DNA of 24,047 bases from Naegleria gruberi (Eukaryota). Where the stretch lies: the NCBI GenBank assembly GCA_000004985.1, contig GG738951.1, one strand, 5' to 3'. The notes below the pieces were generated by a model. It saw only the letters and a list, made by a program, of their open reading frames with translations, made no database searches and was not told the origin of the DNA. A program made the translations under genes and the position numbers. Every line of letters begins with the position of its first letter. Positions within the stretch are counted from its first letter, which is position 1. This document shows, in pieces, positions 18,161 to 24,047 of the stretch.

Positions 18161-18787
18161 TCTATCACCTCTTGAATAAAAATAATTTTTCAATTCAACA
18201 ACATTTGGATGTGATAATGTTTTCATTACTTGTAATTCTCTATTTTTAAATCTCTTATCTTGAAGTACTTTCTTAATAGCTACTATATCTCCTGTTTCTT
18301 GTACTTTAGCTAGAAATACAACACCAAAACTACCATTACCAATCACTTTAACAGCACTATAAGAAACTACTTTGCCTTGTCGTGTTGGTGGTGATGTTGT
18401 TGAGGTTGCTGCTGCTGTAGTAGTAGTAGTAGTAGTAGATGAATTATTATTTGGTTGTTGTTGTTGTTGAATAGATGAATTGACTAGGCTAGTGGAAGGT
18501 TGTTGTTTTGAATTGATGGATTTGGTTTTTCTAGTTGGTGATTCATTTCCAGGTTGATTAGTTATATTATTTGTATTATTAGTGGTTGTAGTAGTACTTG
18601 TTGTTGTAGATTTTGATGAAGATTGATAATTATTATAGGATCTATTGGTTTTATCATTATTTCCAATTTGAAGATAATTAAAATTATTAATTAAATTATC
18701 CATATTATTATTGTTAGTAGTATTTGTATTGGAATTTGAATTGTTATTATTATTATTATTATTAATGAAGGAATTATTATTGTACAT
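18161..18787 (-). CDS. gskA: Glycogen synthase kinase-3, exon 1 (poly-Asn/Thr N-terminus, ATP-binding loop, VAIK, HRD upstream region). The true start may be the second Met, MDNLINNF.
   Basis: [67 protein letters not shown] is followed by a GTAAGT donor at minus-strand 18160. The 144-nt intron (18017-18160) contains (aaaatattaaaattatt)n repeats. Phase is preserved: 627 nt plus 864 nt. Confidence 0.9.
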
Positions 18788-19546
18788 TGTTGATATAATA
18801 CAATAATAATATTGCTGAACACAGCGCTGTTAGAATGTTTTGATTCACAATGAATGACACACCTAGAAAGAGAGAGTGTGTGTGCTGTTTCTAATATATA
18901 TATATTGATTATATATTCAATGAAAGAGAGAGAGGTTATTGTTGTTGAGATGTTTTTTCGCAGTTATTATTAATTGAAGAATCGTAATTTTTTTCTTCTA
19001 ATTAAAAAAATAATGAAAACGTCATCACCCACATGCACAATGAATGAAATATTGAAAATAATATGAAATTTATTATCTCTTTTATGATTGACTTGCCAAT
19101 TGAAATAATATGTCTCTAATGACTCAATCTCTATTATACCTCTTTACAATATATGTAATTATTATACATTGAAAAGTAAATAGTATAACGTATTATTATA
19201 TGTGTACTATTAAAGTGAGGACAAATTGAAATTATCATCATGAATGAGGGAGGGTTGTAAATTTGTAACTACATTCTCAACCAATAAACACCTGTAGTGA
19301 TTCTTTTATAAACAACTATTTAGGAGCATAATACACATTCCTTTTATGTACATTAAATGATCAATTATATTACAAGTTCATTAAGAACTGTTTGGCGCCA
19401 AATATTTTACAGTAATAATTTCCATTTTACTCACTATTGTCAATTTGATTTCAACAATATTAGCCAACATAATCAATGTACTACTATAATATTCAACAAT
19501 ATATTCAATATATATAATTATTATAATTATTATTATTATTAATAAA

Positions 19547-21289
19547 TTATTCCAATTCTTTAAATTTTAATTTAAAATGATATGGCATATATTTAAATGG
19601 AGGTAAATCTTGACAATCTTTTTGATAACTATTCATTCCTATTATATTTTTACAATATAAATAAAAACTAAAATTATCAGAGTGAGCAGCTAAAAAATGT
19701 AATGGATTTCTTAATTGATTATTTGATATTTTACCAAGTTGAGGAGATTTCATTAATATTTTATCAAATAAAACATGACATGGTTGATTTTGTCTATATA
19801 TAGTTAATATAGTATCACCATTTTCATTTTGATATAATAAATCTTTTTCATTAGCATATTCTAATATAATAGATGAAATTGGTAATAATTTAGGAAGGTT
19901 AATAAATGATAAAAATGGTATTGTAATAATAGGTTGATTAAATGTTAATGGAGTTATACATTTAATTGGTTCAAATATTTCTGAATATTTAATTTCTTCA
20001 TTTTCAAAACAATTTCTTAAATAATTTACAATTTCTAATATTGAACCATTTAATTCTACTACTGTTGTACTCATCATTACATGTGATATTATACAATTTG
20101 TTAATAATTTAAAGAATTTTTTATCATTATTATTATTAATATTATATTCAGTATTATTATTATTATTATTATTATCATTATATTCAGTATTATTAATATT
20201 AATATTAATAATATTATTATATTTAAATCTCAATAATGGAATTATTAATTTAGAACAATTTGAACTTGAATAGGGTAATATTTCATCATACATTTCATTT
20301 ATATTCCATCCATATTTAATAGCTAAATCAATTTTATAAAAATCTAATGTTGAATATTCAATTCTTCCATTTTGATATTCATTTACTATATATATACAAT
20401 ATAAAAGTATTGATGTATCTCTAAAATATAAATCACATGGAGTTGCTTCAATTGGAAATTTTTCATTAATAAAAAGTAGATCCATAATTATTTTACGATC
20501 AAATAATTCTTCATGTGTAAATATAAATTTAAAATATACTTTAATATTAATTTTTTGCATTTTAATTATTGATTTAACAATTAATTCATTTGTTAAATAT
20601 GGAGGACTATTAATTGATATTTTTATCATTTCATTTGATAACATGTTATTATTATTATTATTATTTAAAATATTATTATTATTTAAAGTATTATTATTAT
20701 TGTTATTATTAATATTATTTAAAGTATTATTATTTAAAGTATTATTATTAATATAATTATTAATATAATCATTAATATTATTATTAATATTATTAGAAGG
20801 TATTAAATTTATTATATTATTTCCATTATAAAATAATGATAATGGTTTTAATAATAAATCATAATCAATTTCTTCAATAATTTCATTAATTGTTTCTTCT
20901 TCTTGTTCTAAACAAGATATATTTAATTCTTTTAAATTTGGAAATACATTTGAAATATCTTGAATTAAATCTATACCAAATTCATCAAATTGTTTTGGTA
21001 AAATAATTTCAAATATTTCTAATTTTTCATGTTTCATAATATTATTACATTCATATAGAATATTATCATCCAATCCATAATATTGTAATTTATTTAATTC
21101 AACACAACATTCTAATATAAAAGGTAATAATTCATCATTATTATAATATAATATTGAAATTGATTTTAAAAATGTATTCTTTCCAATTGAATCAAATGAT
21201 TTGGCCAATGTTGTAGCATGTTTTTCATTATCATGAGTAAATAATGATGATAATTGTAATGGTATAATACTATTATAAATATCAAACAT
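19547..21289 (-). CDS. Hypothetical protein (580 aa), Asn-rich, no recognised domain
   Basis: Long ATG-initiated frame with host-like codon usage and poly-Asn inserts. Confidence 0.5.
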   Translation of the reverse strand: MFDIYNSIIPLQLSSLFTHDNEKHATTLAKSFDSIGKNTFLKSISILYYNNDELLPFILECCVELNKLQYYGLDDNILYECNNIMKHEKLEIFEIILPKQFDEFGIDLIQDISNVFPNLKELNISCLEQEEETINEIIEEIDYDLLLKPLSLFYNGNNIINLIPSNNINNNINDYINNYINNNTLNNNTLNNINNNNNNNTLNNNNILNNNNNNNMLSNEMIKISINSPPYLTNELIVKSIIKMQKINIKVYFKFIFTHEELFDRKIIMDLLFINEKFPIEATPCDLYFRDTSILLYCIYIVNEYQNGRIEYSTLDFYKIDLAIKYGWNINEMYDEILPYSSSNCSKLIIPLLRFKYNNIINININNTEYNDNNNNNNNTEYNINNNNDKKFFKLLTNCIISHVMMSTTVVELNGSILEIVNYLRNCFENEEIKYSEIFEPIKCITPLTFNQPIITIPFLSFINLPKLLPISSIILEYANEKDLLYQNENGDTILTIYRQNQPCHVLFDKILMKSPQLGKISNNQLRNPLHFLAAHSDNFSFYLYCKNIIGMNSYQKDCQDLPPFKYMPYHFKLKFKELE

Positions 21290-21300
21290 GTCATGTAAAT

Positions 21301-22083
21301 TTAAATTTGAATTTGATCACTTGTTCTTTCCATTTTGTTGTTGTTGTTGGTTATTTGATTTAAATAAATGGATGTTATAATTTCATTTTTATGGAAATAC
21401 ATTAAAATATTAGAAATTTCATTTCCATCATGAAAATATTGTTGATCTTTTATAAATGATAAAAATGAAATAAAAGGTGAAGTGATATCAAAATTATATT
21501 GATGAATATAAATTAATATTGATGTTAAATCTAAATGTTCAATATTAAATATTTTAAATTTCATTCTCAATGCATATTCTCTATTAATTAATCTCATTTT
21601 GTGAAATGTTACAATATTATTATCAATTATCATTCTACAATCAAATGTTCTTCTTTGTTGTAATATATATGGATTTAATGAATCTGGTAATTCTTTAATA
21701 ATTTCTTCAACATTTTTATCAGCAATTCGTGCATTTCTCTTTAATATTTCATAATTTGTAATAAAACATGTTCTTTCCGAATAGGTTGGAATAAAATCAA
21801 TAATTTCATATATTAATTCTATTGGTAAATTATTCTTTAATAATTCTATTAAATTAGAATCTAAATATAATGATGATGATGATAATGATAATATTTCAAT
21901 AGAACGTCTTTCTTGATCTTGTTTTATCCAATCTTTTATTTCATCATCATCATTCAATGGCAAAGTGGGATTATTAAAGGCTCTTTTAAAATCTTCCATC
22001 TTTTGTATTTTCTTCATTTCCCATTTTGAAATGGTATCAATATTTGCATCATTATGAATATATTCCTTTCTCTTTAGAGTCAT
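21301..22083 (-). CDS. Hypothetical protein (260 aa). It ends 11 nt upstream of the next same-strand ORF and may be the 5' part of one frameshifted gene.
   Basis: ATG-initiated frame. The weak F-box-like stretch NNLPIELIYEIIDFIP is present. A TAA stop is followed 11 nt later by the ATG of the 19547-21289 ORF. Confidence 0.45.
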   Translation of the reverse strand: MTLKRKEYIHNDANIDTISKWEMKKIQKMEDFKRAFNNPTLPLNDDDEIKDWIKQDQERRSIEILSLSSSSLYLDSNLIELLKNNLPIELIYEIIDFIPTYSERTCFITNYEILKRNARIADKNVEEIIKELPDSLNPYILQQRRTFDCRMIIDNNIVTFHKMRLINREYALRMKFKIFNIEHLDLTSILIYIHQYNFDITSPFISFLSFIKDQQYFHDGNEISNILMYFHKNEIITSIYLNQITNNNNKMERTSDQIQI

Positions 22084-22142
22084 TTTTATTATTGTGAAAA
22101 TTGTTAAATGTCATTAATTATTATCATGTAATTAGTACTTCG

Positions 22143-22591
22143 NNNNNNNNNNNNNNNNNNNNNNNNNNNNNNNNNNNNNNNNNNNNNNNNNNNNNNNNNN
22201 NNNNNNNNNNNNNNNNNNNNNNNNNNNNNNNNNNNNNNNNNNNNNNNNNNNNNNNNNNNNNNNNNNNNNNNNNNNNNNNNNNNNNNNNNNNNNNNNNNNN
22301 NNNNNNNNNNNNNNNNNNNNNNNNNNNNNNNNNNNNNNNNNNNNNNNNNNNNNNNNNNNNNNNNNNNNNNNNNNNNNNNNNNNNNNNNNNNNNNNNNNNN
22401 NNNNNNNNNNNNNNNNNNNNNNNNNNNNNNNNNNNNNNNNNNNNNNNNNNNNNNNNNNNNNNNNNNNNNNNNNNNNNNNNNNNNNNNNNNNNNNNNNNNN
22501 NNNNNNNNNNNNNNNNNNNNNNNNNNNNNNNNNNNNNNNNNNNNNNNNNNNNNNNNNNNNNNNNNNNNNNNNNNNNNNNNNNNNNNNNNNN
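22143..22591. other. Assembly gap (449 N)
   Basis: Run of n characters. Confidence 1.
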
Positions 22592-22641
22592 ATGTAGATT
22601 TGACTAATCCATATATTCTTCCTCCTCCTATTTATTCTCAA

Positions 22642-23892
22642 ATGGCATTTCCTGTTAACAAATCTGAAACTAGCCTATTTCAACAACCTATGAACAATTC
22701 TCAACAACAACTATTTGATACCACCAACATTACTACTGCTACTCCTAATGCACCTAATACTCCTACTATTACCAATGTTCATGAATCATCAAGTAAGAAG
22801 AGGAAGGCTAAATCCAAAGCCTATGAAATTGTCGATTCTACTACCATCACTGCTACTACTCCCAAATCAAAAAAGAGAAAGACAAAAGCTTCAAATGATT
22901 CAATTCCAAACACTTCATCATCTTCTCCAAACGATTCAGCAAGCCTTGGAAATAGTTCAACTATCACTACTACTACTGCTACTCAATCACCTAAAAGGAG
23001 TAGAAAATTAAATTTAGGACTTCAAAGTAATGATTTTAAAACATTAATAGAATTCAATAGATTTCTTTCAGAATTGAATGAACAAGAAGATATGAAACAA
23101 TCAATTGAAGCAATACTTCCAAGATTTAAATTTGATTTTTTAAAGGCTTTAATTGTTTCATGTAGGAAAATTACACCTAAATATTTAACTAATTATAGAT
23201 CTCATCAAACAAAGTATCAAACATTACTTCAAATTATTTCTGTAAAATCTGAAACTTTAAATTTAATTAAATTAATAACAAATGAAAATGATAATAACAT
23301 TTGTAATAATAATAATAATACTATTAAATCAGTTGTAAATAATTTTGAAATGGATAATTATAATGATATTGTTAACAATACAAAACAAACTACTAATGAT
23401 GTTCCAACAATTAGTCAATCAAATGAAGGAATAGTATTAGATTGGCATTCTTATTGTGATATTACATTAGATTTAATTCAATCAACATATCTTCCATTTT
23501 CCACTACTACAACTAATAATATCCTTAATAATACTAATGAATTTAATACTGTTAATAATAATAATATTGAAATTAATAATACTAATACTAATAATAATAA
23601 TAATAATAATACTAATACAGTTAATAATAATGTAATTGATGATTCATTTAGTTTTTCAGATTTTCTTGATTGTTCTTCTGAAATTGTTCCATCCAATGAA
23701 AGAAACAATGAAGAATTAATTAATGATTTAATGAAACAATTAAATGAAAAGAATCAACAAATTGAACAATTAAATAGAATGTTTCAATTACAAGAAACTT
23801 ATAATCAAAATCTTTTAAATTTAATTCAAACATTTAAAAATAATTTATATGAATTTGATCAAATTAATAATAATAATAATAATTTTATTTAA
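22642..23892 (+). CDS. Hypothetical nuclear-type protein. It has three basic NLS-like clusters (KKRKAKSK, KSKKRKTK, SPKRSRK), Thr/Asn-rich low complexity and a C-terminal coiled coil. The frame is open back into gap 2, so the 5' end is uncertain.
   Basis: The first ATG is at 22642. The track start at 22600 may be a TTG-called start (I counted it two ways). The frame is open to the gap edge. The C-terminus ELINDLMKQLNEKNQQIEQLNRMFQLQETYNQNLLNLIQTFKNNLYEF is a heptad-like coiled coil. Confidence 0.5.
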   Translation: MAFPVNKSETSLFQQPMNNSQQQLFDTTNITTATPNAPNTPTITNVHESSSKKRKAKSKAYEIVDSTTITATTPKSKKRKTKASNDSIPNTSSSSPNDSASLGNSSTITTTTATQSPKRSRKLNLGLQSNDFKTLIEFNRFLSELNEQEDMKQSIEAILPRFKFDFLKALIVSCRKITPKYLTNYRSHQTKYQTLLQIISVKSETLNLIKLITNENDNNICNNNNNTIKSVVNNFEMDNYNDIVNNTKQTTNDVPTISQSNEGIVLDWHSYCDITLDLIQSTYLPFSTTTTNNILNNTNEFNTVNNNNIEINNTNTNNNNNNNTNTVNNNVIDDSFSFSDFLDCSSEIVPSNERNNEELINDLMKQLNEKNQQIEQLNRMFQLQETYNQNLLNLIQTFKNNLYEFDQINNNNNNFI

Positions 23893-24047
23893 TTATTATT
23901 ATTTTAATTAATTTTAATATATGTTACAATTACAATTACAATTATTATTACAATTAAAAATATTAAAAATATTAAAATCTCTCATCAATTAAATCAATAA
24001 ATTCATCACATTTAATAACATTAATAATATTTTCATTATTTAAATCT

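Noticed and set aside
19357-19542. 61-aa ORF in the gskA upstream / ORF-B downstream intergenic region
   Set aside because: Short, AT-rich and low-complexity (poly-Tyr/Asn at the end), with no start-context or homology support.
22101-22641. ORFs 22101..22607 (+) and 22132..22641 (-), almost entirely X
   Set aside because: They are artefacts of the 449-N gap.
22715-23708. ORFs 22715..23011 (+, poly-Leu) and 23478..23708 (-, poly-Leu) overlapping the NLS/coiled-coil gene
   Set aside because: Alternative-frame or antisense translations of the low-complexity coding sequence of the 22642..23892 gene.
1-24047. tRNA, rRNA, CRISPR and prokaryotic operon features
   Set aside because: The window is clearly eukaryotic: spliced genes, a GSK-3 homolog, an EML homolog. 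A scan for tRNA-like GC-rich cloverleaf segments and T-loop motifs found nothing, and nothing resembles CRISPR repeats.
23960-24047. Possible C-terminus of a minus-strand gene at the window end (...DLNNENIINVIKCDEFIDLIDERF*)
   Set aside because: Only about 25 codons are visible and it is AT-rich, so it cannot be distinguished from chance. The adjacent (TACAAT)n microsatellite at 23925-23950 is noted but unremarkable.

Overview
This is an AT-rich, intron-containing eukaryotic window with poly-Asn/Thr coding tracts, Dictyostelium-type GTAAGT/GTATGT splice donors and A-rich ATG contexts. The sequence looks dictyostelid (social amoeba), and the two N runs indicate a draft assembly. Two of the provided ORF-track entries (4860, 12987) begin at TTG, another (12518) at a non-ATG codon, and a fourth (22600) at a position I did not fully resolve, so I re-derived those starts at ATG codons.

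Gene content, left to right:
- (+) C-terminal part of a GH47 class I alpha-1,2-mannosidase, which runs into gap 1.
- (-) A two-exon EMAP-like (EML) WD/TAPE-propeller gene; I mapped the 76-nt intron by hand.
- A ~3-kb block of higher GC and non-host codon usage, bounded by degenerate ~100-200-bp direct repeats and carrying a 505-aa ORF. It fills the whole divergent EML/ankyrin intergenic space and is a candidate decayed retroelement.
- (+) An ankyrin-repeat protein.
- (-) An F-box/LRR-like protein, with a Met-less 125-codon open frame just downstream.
- A second ~3.2-kb compositionally atypical block. It contains a palindrome with a tandem duplication, a 4 x 22-bp tandem repeat, a small Cys-rich gene with three GTAAGT donors and 42/50-nt mini-introns, and a divergently oriented C2H2 zinc-finger ORF.
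- (-) A 993-aa fusion protein: signal peptide, alpha/beta-hydrolase fold with the nucleophile Ser replaced by Gln, mucin-like Thr/Pro linker, and an OSM1/FRDS-type soluble FAD fumarate reductase with catalytic residues conserved.
- (-) gskA (GSK-3), two exons with a 144-nt intron.
- (-) Two hypothetical ORFs separated by only 11 nt.
- Gap 2.
- (+) An NLS-rich coiled-coil protein.

No tRNA, rRNA or CRISPR features were seen. The most interesting items are the secretory-type fumarate-reductase fusion with a dead hydrolase domain, and the two foreign-composition blocks that exactly fill intergenic spaces.
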